DNA of 62,201 bases, filler included, from Choristocarpus tenellus KU-1152 (lineage: Eukaryota > Protista > Phaeophyceae), in NCBI GenBank assembly GCA_964200185.2. It is 11 parts of 11 records of this genome, joined end to end, with 100 filler letters (N's around TTAATTAATTAA, not from the genome) between each part and the next. Parts side by side here need not be neighbours in the genome. Positions count along the whole stretch, not along the records: positions 22,067 to 27,372 come from CAXNAD020011210.1; positions 27,473 to 31,122 come from CAXNAD020018738.1; positions 31,223 to 36,754 come from CAXNAD020010501.1; 8 more parts are not named here. One strand, written 5' to 3'. The position numbers and the translations under genes were made by a program. Positions 25,272 through 36,754 of the stretch are shown one piece after another. The notes beneath the pieces were generated by a model. It worked only from the letters and a program-made list of their open reading frames with translations, ran no database searches and was not told the origin of the DNA. Every line of letters begins with the position of its first letter. Within the stretch, counting starts at the first letter, position 1.

Positions 25272-25493
25272 TTACCCCCCCTCTCTGGTCGGCCTTGAAA
25301 CCATGTAAACATTATTCAAGGTCAACCAAAAAGTGAGCTCAGGGAGCGAAATGAGAAACATGTCTGACTGTTAGTATACTATTGCACCATTGTATTACAT
25401 GACTCCATTAGTACAAAATGAAGTGTAATTTATAAACAAGGCACATAATGAATATCTGATCGGGACAACATTAGTCTAAGGTTGATAGTGTGT

Positions 25494-25756
25494 GACCCAA
25501 AGTATCTGGGGGGGGGGGGGGGGCGGTGTAACCCGGGGGGGCCAGTTGAGCCAAAATAACGAAGGGGGCACGCACNNNNNNNNNNGGGGGGGGGGGGGGG
25601 AAGGGAGTCTTCACCAGGGTGTCCATTTGGACCAAAATCAGGAAAGGTGCATTTACATTATCCATCGGATGTATGCAACCAAATCACCCAAAACTCGCAA
25701 CATGAAAAACTTGACCGCAAATGGACAGCCTCCACCCCCCCCAGATACTTTGAGCC
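25494..25756 (+). mobile_element. MITE family B copy spanning a 10-N gap, TSD GTGT
   Basis: Both TIRs are present, flanked by GTGT on both sides. Confidence 0.85.
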
Positions 25757-27472
25757 GTGTGGTCAGCACACCAATCAAGCTTATGAGGTCTGAGAGTATG
25801 GGATCAACATATCAATCGGCCCAAAGATGAGGCGAGATGTATATGTGTCCAGCATATAGGGTCTCTATTATCTTGTATAACACAGAGGATACACTCAGAA
25901 TGGGGATACGAGGAGCAAACACTACACACGATGTCAACAAACGGTTTGACTAGTGTTTGTGACTTGACATTGCTATACGGGTGTTATATGATGATTTGAT
26001 CACCACTCCGATGCGTGAAAACAACATCACGTGTTACATGACCAAATCAACACAGCAAACGACGAGATCAAATGTGTGCACCCACTCTCCTTCCTCAATT
26101 CTGACATTGATTGGAATATTGTTCACGATGACTACAATATTCCAAGTGGACCACTTGGACGTACGATGTTGGTGGCCCAACTCTCCTAAAACGATACGAG
26201 GTGACTGTACGGTCATTGCATCATGTCAGGGGAATCATGCCACACGAAAAATAAATAAATAAATAAATAACATGTGTGACTCACCTGAAGTCTCCATCTC
26301 TTACCTGGTGGTAGACTTGGATCTTCATTTTTTTTTCTGTTTTAGGATGGGGTTACTCATTTCATGATGATCAATAAATCCATTTCATGAAGACGTGACA
26401 TGATGTAATGGACGGCCATCTCTAGCACACAAGTGCTAATGTATTAATGTGCCCAGTGGTAGGGTCTCTTCACCACCGCATGTGTCCACTCACGCAAACG
26501 AGGAGAGTTGAGAGATAAATTTAATAGTAGTGTAATTTATCTAAATCCACCAACATTTATGCATAGTCTATTTGCAAGGATTGATAAACCTGGTAAGCAC
26601 GAGATGCTAAGTCAGAGCTGAATGTGAACGGGTTAACTGATATCTGTTACCAGTTATCTCATCTCTTCACAAAACGATAAGACTATACCCCTGTCTATGA
26701 CAAAATGAGACACAAACGATTTGTCTAAGCTAGATGGACAACCTATGTAAAGGATTATAGTGTGTGGGTACCACGAGATCTGGCCAAGAGACACACACTA
26801 GTCTTAAAAATAAGTATATAAACACCCAATTAAACAAACAAACAAAAAATTGGCAATGATCTGTACCACACACACACACACACACGATAATCTTTTTACT
26901 GAAACGTTAGGTTACAACATGACCGCAATGCAGGATGTACAGACTATGCAAAGGAGTATGGTAACAGTAAATACGAATTCTCAAGTCAGCACCACAAGGG
27001 ACGAGAATTTTACTGGTTATCCAATCCATTTACTGCACGATAGGCTGCGGTCATTTCACGGCATTGTGGGATCTGTTCTTGTCTATTCTTTTGTGAAGAT
27101 CACAAGACGGTCCATAGCCACAAAGACGAAGGCGATAGATAACATTAGTGGACGAACGACGACCAGGACCAGGTCTATGTCCAATCAATGTTATCAATAG
27201 TGTATTGGCTAATAACAGGTTGAGAGATATGATGGTCTACATCCGATAATGGTAGTGGTTTTCCCAGAAACAACAAATAATCCAGTTCATCCAAATCTGG
27301 TGTGGGAGGTTGGACTTGAGGATAGTATCGTTTCATCCTACCCAGATGGACAGGTCAAAGTATCTGGGGGGGNNNNNNNNNNNNNNNNNNNNNNNNNNNN
27401 NNNNNNNNNNNNNNNNTTAATTAATTAANNNNNNNNNNNNNNNNNNNNNNNNNNNNNNNNNNNNNNNNNNNN

Positions 27473-30400
27473 GGATGATGTCTTTGGGAACGCTCTTGAG
27501 CTGGTAGGGTGGTGCATCTTGGATACGAGGCGGGTGGCCGATGAAGAGGTCATGCAGAGGGGCGTTGGGGTCCATAGCAAGGTCTTCGCCTATCCCACTC
27601 CATTTGGTGCTGTGCATGTATCGCTTTACGCTAACCTTCACCCGCCCATCACCGCCTTTTTCAACACGAAAAGCCCTGTAGCTCGTGATGTTGGGGACAC
27701 GGTTGACGAGATCGCGAAGGAGTCACTTGAAATTGCCTTCGTTCCGCAGGGTCTTGTAGTATACTGGAACCTCCGTGTAAGAGGCCTGCAGCTCTTCACC
27801 CAACTGTGTTCTTGTGAATATGTTTTTGCCTTTTATTCCACGTGAGAACCTGAAGGTGAAATGCAAGCAATTTAATTTTGAGGCGGGGGTGAAAGAAGTC
27901 AAGTGGAGAGACAAGATATATATGCGGGCACATGCTCTGATGCACCCATATGGAAGTATAGATATAAAAATGGGTGATGCGTACATTTTTTTTTATTGTT
28001 TAGTTTTGAGAGTATGTTACGGAACAGTTTTGGCAGCTGCTCTTATCGTTCAATTTTGTTGCGGGGAAACCAAAAGCCAATCTATCAATTATAGCGTACG
28101 ACCATAAACCTTCCAGGAATGCAACAAGCGTGAGCTGCAAGCCTCGAGGCAGTATCTGTCCGTATAAAACCATCTGTGGCTATCGAACTTGCATATCTTG
28201 CCTAATTACCTGGAGAAGATCTGATCGATTTTGATGTGCGTGTGCCCCATCATCACAAAATGTATCTCGACCACACGAATGACACTCGCCGCAACCAACA
28301 GCCCCGTATATCCGAGAAAGAAATTGTTCTTGTTCTCTGAGACGCAGTTGTCGACCTGGCCAGTATTGGTACATGGTAGGTTTCCAGTATTGGTAGAGCG
28401 CAATCTTTACATTACCACCATCATACATGCAGGTTGTAACACACAAACCAAAACTAAAGACCGTGCAGTTAGTTACTTGGTGAATTGTATTCAGCGAGTA
28501 TGTGTTAAGTAGGTCGCGTCAAGATGAAACCTTCTTACCTGCCAATGCATGTGCTGGATGATGCAATTCCCCGCGTCATCGAGGCTATTGTGGTACTTGT
28601 CGATAAGCCTTGTGAGGGCAAGGTGGGTGGCTGTGCAGACAAGGTTACAACCTGCGCGAACAATGATGTTCAACAACTATTGGCAAAAGTACTCTGCTCA
28701 CTTACGCATTGTTTATTTGGAGCTAAAAAGAGGGGTAATGTAATTTGTTTATGCAATGTAGAGGACATACACCCATACGGCTGATGTACATGTCTGCGAT
28801 CTCCATGACCCGTTGATTAGCTCTTACGCTCCTCTCGCCCTCACCCTAAGGTGAGGCATAGGAGGGCAGGGGAGCACAGCACGTCATCAGTTAATCGACT
28901 GTTCACTAGGCCTGCGGTATCTGTAGGCACATCATGTAAGGATATACTCGTCCTTACGGATTTACCCTACGGCAGGTCCACTCGCCGTGACGGTAAATCA
29001 AGTGGTGCGTGTGCAACCAGCATCTATTCAGTCATGCGATTGTTCGCCACGACCCACAATACGTACCTCCTCCAAGATTGATAGGAGTGAAGAACACCTC
29101 CGCGAACTGGCCTTCGACGTGTGCGGCCATGATCTTCTGGCGCTCGGAGTAGCCCCTGATAAGGGGGACATGAGAGTGAAAGTATCTTAGAGGGTACGAG
29201 TTTTGCCCTGTTTGTCCATTTGGGGCTTGGCTTCCCATGGGTTCTTTTATGACATTTTTCGTATTAAAAAATGTTTAGGAGCAGGTAATTGTACATGTTT
29301 TGAAAACGTGTCCGGAACATGGAATATTGACACATGCTAACAAACACGATAGTCGAAATTACATCAAAATAGCAACATTGGATTTTGGCCCCCAAATGGA
29401 CGCGGCTCTACCCTCTAAGATACTTTGGCAGATGAACGAAAGGAACTTGTAAAGAAAGGTCATCATGATGAACGGAATAGGTAGTGGAATTATGTGTGTT
29501 TGTTTCGGCGATTATTTCTTGGGACTTTGCACTCATTCATAGAATAAAACTTGGTCTTCTATTCTGTTCCGCGTGCGGCTGCAAAGTTCTTGTCGGATGG
29601 ACTGTGCGTGCGTGTGGTTACCTGTCACCGCCGTGGGTAGGTGAAGTGCTGGGAGGGCGTGTGCTGTCTGGTTCGCGGCGTCTACGGACATGAACACAAA
29701 GCCGAGAGTTTTGCCGTCGGCTTTGGCCCGCATGGTGCTGCTGGTACTGTTGGCGATGACCAGCCGATCCACTTGGATATTCTGGCGAATGGGGGACAGC
29801 AGCATCACGTGAATTAATCAAATAAATCTGCTCAGAGTTTTAAAAAAAATGCCGCTTGTTAACACGTATCAGGTTAGTTAGAAACAAAAATGTAGTCTGG
29901 GTAACAATAGATGTTTGTATTGGGATATGGTTTTTATTGCTGCGTTCAAGACAAAACAGGGTTATCGGGATGATAGGAAGTACGCACGTACCAGGCCGGA
30001 AGACCACTACATGACCTGTCCCTCCCACAGCCCGTTGTACACTACCAGGATGCAGTCTATCGTACAAGGTGTTTGGGCAGCTAATAACAGCAAGTTTTGC
30101 AGTGAGTGATGCTACTGCTGCTGCCATAAACACCTACGTGGGAGTCTTCATTCACAAAAGGACACAGATTCCCTTCAAAACAGAGGGCAATGACGGCGAC
30201 ATGTTTTCACTGTAACCTTGTTGCAAAATTAACGCTGGACACCTACCTCTCGATGGTCTGACGGCTCCTTATCGATGGACTCGAGGACAGTGGAGTCGTT
30301 CGTGGGTTTTGCACCAGGCACACCGTGCCGCTTCTCTTTTAACGTGACACATATGTCACATTTCATAAACTTGCCTCCTACCTTCACCCGGATGTTGGGC

Positions 30401-30571
30401 CTGTCCTCTCTGAGCAATTGGAGGACGTACGCCTTGCTTACCCACTTGGAAGGGTCGTCAGGATACACCCGTATTGCCTCTTTGCAAAAATCCTTGTATA
30501 GCTCCTAATCAAAAATGTTGGTTGTGTGGTCAAGTGAGGAGTTATTGAGAAGGAACACTCGAAGAACACCC
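27473..30571 (-). pseudogene. Spliced Sola-type DDD transposase pseudogene; exons 30571-30247, 29781-29622, 29155-29067, 28651-28539, 28355-28210, 27849-27473 (runs into gap)
   Basis: Motifs in order: KFMKCDIC, FMSVDAANQTAHALP, GGGCNLVCT, HWQ|VDNCVSENKN, FVMMGHTHIKIDQIFSR|FS, KRYMHSTKW. All five introns are GT-AG and four have matching phases. One frameshift and two in-frame stops are present. Confidence 0.85.
29174..29431 (+). mobile_element. MITE family A copy (258 bp) in intron 2 of the Sola-type transposase, apparent TSD ATGA
   Basis: Left TIR intact; the last two bases of the right TIR have diverged. ATGA is on both flanks. Confidence 0.9.
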
Positions 30572-31222
30572 CTGCAACATCTCTCGAAGGCGGGCTGACC
30601 AATAACTTGACTGAGAACGCGGAAGACAGGATAAAGCGAGCTTACATTGTTCGTTACAAAAGAGCAAATACAATGATCTGATTAAGTCCGCCATGAGTGT
30701 CATTCTGTTCGGGCCTCGCTGCCGTTTGCAGAGGCGATAAAGGAGGCGAATCTACCATCATCATCATCATCATCGCAAAGTGCTTTAGACACACGAAGTA
30801 CACACTTTTCCTACCAATGTCAGACCGGGCCTGGGGCCGCAGAGTATGTGTGCTCGGCGTTGAAATAACATTTATTGTGTCTTCCTTCGTAAAATCGACA
30901 ACGAGTATCATCATGAATATTGAAATATCGACATAGCAAACGAAAAAGATAGCACTTTGTATGAATCTTGACATGTTCTTTTAACCATAATATCAGACCG
31001 GTCAAGGTAATGAACATCCACCACTCGAAATACTACTTAGATCCACCTTTTCTACGTACTGCCGGGTCACACGGTTTGCATCTAACTCCAACACAGGGTG
31101 CAGTCAACCTCTCCACAACCAANNNNNNNNNNNNNNNNNNNNNNNNNNNNNNNNNNNNNNNNNNNNTTAATTAATTAANNNNNNNNNNNNNNNNNNNNNN
31201 NNNNNNNNNNNNNNNNNNNNNN

Positions 31223-31308
31223 GCCTGGGATTCTTTTATTTCCTGGCCAGGGCCCGAATGCACACCCTGGTGTAGTCCCCAACCCCCCCCCCCCAGATAC
31301 TTTGAACC
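31223..31308 (-). mobile_element. MITE family B partial copy at contig start
   Basis: ACCCTGGTGTAG, poly-C, AGATACTTTGAACC. Confidence 0.7.
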
Positions 31309-31717
31309 AACAGAGAGGAGCTGGTGGAGACCTTAAAGGAGGTGTTTGATGTGTACCCCCAGGAGACATTAGGGTGCGTCTAGCAGAGCCTCTTTCGGAA
31401 TTAAATTTAAGGTGCTGGGCTCCAAGGGTGATAATATCTTCAAAATCCCCCATCCTAGCAAGGAAAAGGCTGATAAGGCAGGCAAGCTTTCCTCGAATGC
31501 CCCGGTGGATGCGGAAAATATCGTACTGGAATGGAGTTTTCGAGGGCATTGGGGGTAGAATCATAGACAGGTGTAGACTGCCATATTTTGCTCAAGATTT
31601 GGTGGGCAACCTTGTAGTATATGTAATGTACCCCTAAAATATGAACATGTGAAAGAAATCTTGCTTCTTCATCAGGGCTGGAAAAAATATGTTACATTTA
31701 ACTCCGAAGTGAGGAAG
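31309..31717 (+). mobile_element. 3' fragment of a plant-type mariner element including its terminal repeat
   Basis: EELVETLKEVFDVYPQETL is paralogous to 60628-60700 (minus). The fragment ends CATTTAACTCCGAAGTGAGGAAG|TA, matching the TIR at 62008-62030. Confidence 0.8.
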
Positions 31718-32108
31718 TAGTCAGAATATGGGAAGAAAACGAAACTGCTTGGTGTTGTGTGTTACTTCTAATCGTTCTTACCTGGATCGATCAGGTTTAT
31801 TAATGATGGCTGCTTCCCCTTCTCCAGTTGTTGCTGGCGAGACTCCTGAAGAAGCAATTGATCATTGATCACAGGCATCGGACAGGAGATGATGCATATT
31901 CATAGTTGAGGTGAAATTTCCCTTATGATATAATCTGGACCCCATCAACTTCTTTTTTTTTCCATCATATTTTCGGTTGTCTCCATGGGGTATTTACACA
32001 AAGAAAATGTCTTTTGAGGTACTGGAATATACCTGTAGCGGACTCTCTGCAAGTTTGTTGGAATCTGGATCAATGGCAGTAGCCTGTTAATATCTAAATT
32101 GTTTCTGA

Positions 32109-32287
32109 GACTCAAAGTATCTGGGGGGGGGGGTGGCGGCTGTCCATTTGGAGTCAAGTTTTCATGTCGCGATTTTTTGGTGCTTTGGTAGCATACGTCG
32201 GATGGATAATGTAAGTGCGCCTTTCCTGGTTTTGGCCCAAATGGGTACCCTGGTGTAGACCCCCCTCCCCCCCAGATACTTTGGGTC
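32109..32287 (-). mobile_element. MITE family B full copy, TSD TGA
   Basis: GACTCAAAGTATCTGGGG ... CCCAGATACTTTGGGTC, flanked by TGA on both sides. Confidence 0.9.
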
Positions 32288-32968
32288 TGAGCCAACGCAA
32301 GGACTACAATTTTGACAGCGTGATAAGGTACTGTAAGCCAGGGTCAGCAGTGGATGGTGGCACACTACAGCATTTCCCTTGAATGTTCTTCAACACTCAG
32401 TAAGTCAATGTTTTGTGGGAAGGATTTCAAGCTAACTAGAGGAAGGGATAAAAAAGGTGGAGTAGTAGGTGAGTGCTCATCAGTCTGGCCTGCATGACTT
32501 CAGTGTTTCTCTTGCTTGTCTCTAGTTGGGGCTCCTGAGGAGCCGTCCTACACATAAGATGGAAGGGCTGGCTCCGTGGCAAATGTCAACAGTAACAGTA
32601 GTATTGGTAAATATATCAATAGTATACTCTAACATACTAAAATAGTATGATATTACTTGGAAGTATCTAGAAGAATAACTGTAAAATAAGAACATTAGAA
32701 GAGATAGTACTATTTATACACAACTACACATATCATCCGAACTCTGAGTCCCCGGCATAATTTTTTTCTTAAAAAAAGTATGCTAGACCAGGTTGCCTCC
32801 TTAGGTTGAACGCAAAAACCGTGCGGAGGATGAAACTATGTCGAGGGATTAAAAGAAGTGTTCCCCACATTTTCTATCCCAACTCTAGCATGGTTGGTTC
32901 CCCACACCTCTACTTGTCTTGCCCACTACGGACTCATAAGACCTTCCACTGATCCACACGGTCATGTC

Positions 32969-35610
32969 TCAATTAGGGTCGGTAGGCAGTTTGTTCGGAG
33001 CCTTACCTGTGTCAGTCAGTCTTCCACCATTAGTAGGGGCATCACCTCTGGTGCTAGCACTCCTTGTTGAAGATCTTTCCGTGGAAGCGTTTGCTGTTTC
33101 CGTCAGGGAAGTGCCGGTTGTTCTTGTTTGTGCAGTGTCCGCTGTAGACACTTGCCCTTCAAGACATTGACGTAGAAGATGTATCAATAGTCATGAGGAA
33201 TAATGTTGCCGATGTATTATTTTTTTCTTGCGACATGACCGTAAGTTCAAACAAACTAATACCACTGTTATATTTTTGTTAAACGAAATTATCGCGAATG
33301 TAGCAAGAAAAAAACTTCGTTTGGTTCATGGTTGAGGTTGAAAGGCCAAGATTACGGTGGACCTTCATTTGTTCAAGGGACAGGTTTGAAACATTATCAA
33401 CTGTTGGAGAGTCAGAAGTAATGGTTGCTTTTTCACCTGGGCTCTCGCCATAAGTTCCATCACTTGAGTCCGATTCTGCCTCTGTGTCTGATTCTGAACC
33501 CGAGTCTGCTGCACTAGATGCTGAACCTTCAGTGTCAGAGCTCTTGTTCTCTTCTTCTGAAGATTCTGTCTCTGAATTTGACTCATGTTCATTCCCCTCT
33601 CTGTGTTCCATTTTGTTCATGTTTGAGACAATGATGTCCTGATTTATCAGAACGTTTACATAGGAATGAACTAGTTTTCTCCAAGAAGGAGTTTTGAGAC
33701 AACGTTTTGTAGCAGGGCAAAATGTGTAAAAGAGTTTTGAACACCCAATCTATCATCTGGAACCCACTTATGACATACTCATTTTTTTCTTGCAACATTA
33801 ATCACTTGTCGTACAACCTGTGGCACAGTGTCTCCAATACTGCATGGTCTATCACTAGATTACAGCCAGGGCTAGGGCTGGCGCTAGGGACATCGGAGAA
33901 GAATTGGGCTTCACGTGTGGACGGCAACCACTACATATCCTCTGTTGTGTGACATAAGAGCTTCAGCAGTACTGCACAGCACTGAGTACAAATGGATCAG
34001 GCCTTCACCAAAGTTCCTCCTGGAAGAACAATGTGTTTGCGATGAAGATACTGAGGTTAAAATGAATGAACCAGCAGGTATATAGCTCAATTCAACAAAA
34101 CACAAAACTCCAAATCTGATTGGAGGCAGATTCTGAAAAAAAGGAACAACTTTCACAAGTAGTTCCGCTGCTATGTGATGTGATGGGGTAGGAGGAGGAG
34201 TGAGGATGGGGATGGGGGTGGGAGTGGTGTGTAGTGTGTGAAAAGGATCCTTTCCAGTCAAGGGAAACAAAATATTGTACATAGAGTAGGAAATCATTAT
34301 TGACAGGGTAGTAGATTTTTTAGGTTAGAGTTGGGAAAATGTTTTGACTGGACGTCTCTGTGCTTAAGGCCAACGTCTCTCCTCTCTCACGAGAGAGTGC
34401 TTCACTGTAGTGCCGATACATCAAGCAGAGCACTTAACGGAGAGTTCCAGGTGTAGCGTTCAAGCAAATAGCTTGGACTACCGTCCTTTCCGTTTTTTGT
34501 TCTTTCTTGCTTTACTTACCCTTTCGTTTCTATCAAGGCACCGTCAAACATGGAATTGCCACCGTGCTTGCTGTCATTTGACGTTTGGTCTTCGCTGCCT
34601 TCCTGAAGGAGTGGTAACCATGTCAAAAGAAAAAACGTTGGGGATGGTTGGGTAACGATTTCACACATGACTGAGATGGTCATGTTTATGTTTGCCGAGA
34701 GTACTCCTGGAGGGGAGCACATAGTTCGCCTCAAGTTTGCCACACTGTGATGGATTATGTAGTACATACAAGAAGGAATTGACATAAGAAATGAGAGGCG
34801 CATAAGAGGAGAAACATATCCCAGAGTTTTGCTCAGACTATGTTGTTGCCTCTGCTTTGAAGGACGGACCTCTAAGGATTCGCTGCCCAAGGACAAGCCA
34901 AATGTTTCCTCATCACTTGCTTGATTGGAAGAGCTGCTTGAGTGTTCTCCCTTATTTTCCCTTCCTTCATCACTCCTGCTGGAACTGCTGGTGCGGGTGT
35001 TGGTGCTACTACTGCTACTGCTGAGATCTTCCAGTTTTTGTGAAGGCTCCTCTGGAGCCTATGCGCCAACATAATTATTGGAGCATGAAAATTTCGTTGT
35101 AGGGTGAGTCTTCAATTTGTCTGCCTGTCTTTCTGGTAACAATCTCAGGCTGATCCAGAGGAAGTTAAAGTGTTGATGGTAGTGAAGGTGAGAAAACAAT
35201 ATCTTACCAGCAATAGTAATTATGTACATGATAGTACTATTGTTAGGAAAAATGATGAGAATCAGCATGATAGAGTATTTTTGAGATGAAGCATCAAGGC
35301 ACTGTGCATGCTGCAAGCCTTGAAAGAACCTCAATGCTCAATAATTTCAACATCATTCTTATAGTGTCGTACACACACTCAATAAACATTTTGAATTTCT
35401 TTCTCCTTTGTCACGAAAAATGCCATTTGATTGGATGGACGGTAGTTAATGATTCTTTTTTCATGAGAGCAGTGGAGATGGTCGCGAAATGGAATAGTTA
35501 TTTCAATGAAAACACTCTCGTAAGGGGCAACACATTCACCTTATACCCCTCCGGTATGAAGTCCTCTATCTTAGGTCCAGGCTCATACCTTATCTCTCCA
35601 GTATCTCTGA
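32969..35610 (-). pseudogene. Possible degenerate multi-exon gene with S/T/E-rich low-complexity exons; product unknown
   Basis: Several minus-strand segments have coding-like composition and splice-like borders (about 35542-35606, 34820-35060, 33362-33620, 33006-33170). Stops and frameshifts are present. Confidence 0.25.
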
Positions 35611-36691
35611 GATTCAGCAAGGAAGGTAGGTAGGGTGACAAAGTACTTCAGGTTAATGGCCGCAAGAGTAATGGTAGAAATGAGAAGAGAGATACTTGGC
35701 GCGAAAACCTCATTTACACAAATATGATGGCCTACGAGATACAATCAGTTAACAGGATATTCCTCTCCTGCAATCTCCTGTCCTTCCAATCTCAACAAGT
35801 AGCTCGGAGCACACCTCCAGTTTAATTCCAGAAACTTAAGTATAGTAGAACTTAGTTTTTGCTATTTTCTTCCTACTACCTTGAATTAATGCTGTCTTGT
35901 GGTTGATGCTTTTGAGTGTACGGTGCTGTTAGAATGATAGTTAGTTCTCTGGATGAGCTCTAGAACCCTCATGGATAGTTAGAAAAGTGTGCAGCATCCA
36001 ACGATATGACTACCTCACATAGTTTTTGCTTACATTACGACTTCACTGCAATTCCCATTTCTTGGTGCCTATAGTGTAAAGCATCCCCTCAATATTCACA
36101 CATCATCAAAAGGATGAGTTAGTTGAGGAGTAACTGTTTTTTTTTTTCTTCACAGACTAATGATGTATTTTGAGAGTGTTACGCACTTTTCCTGCAAGTT
36201 ATATGTCCACATCGCCTCTCAACTTTATTCATATTCCTAACGTGCTAGTACATGCCAATTTCTATAATTCTGATTTTTTTTCTACGCCAGGATTCTCAAT
36301 TACAAAACATGAATGTCTTTATCATCTCCTCCCTCTACTCCCCTCTTGGCTCAGTGTTTACCTATGCACCCAGTATCGTGAGTCATCAAATTCGTCCCAG
36401 TACTCCTCCCAGAAACTCAGTTTCCATTTGGCCATTACTACAATGACATTGTCTGCCTCGTATTTGTGCCATGCCTGACGTACTGTCTGAGGGAGATCAC
36501 AGTTTGAGGGTTATGGTCAAAGCTCAATGGAGACCTACTGCTTGTCAAGATATATTGTATTCTATTGGATACTGGTGCATCCAACCTTGCTTCCCAACAG
36601 ATTTGGAGTACTTAAGTATGAGAGAGGTACTGGTCACTGATTTTGCTCTCCAACATAGCGTCATTCATCCAGGCGGGAGTATTTGTGATAT

Positions 36692-36754
36692 GATCCGAAG
36701 TATCTGTGAGGGGGGGGGTTCTACACCAGGGTGTCCATTTGGACCAAAATCAGG
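36692..36754 (+). mobile_element. MITE family B partial copy at contig end
   Basis: AAGTATCTG, poly-G, CTACACCAGGGTGTCCATTTGGACCAAAATCAGG. Confidence 0.8.
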
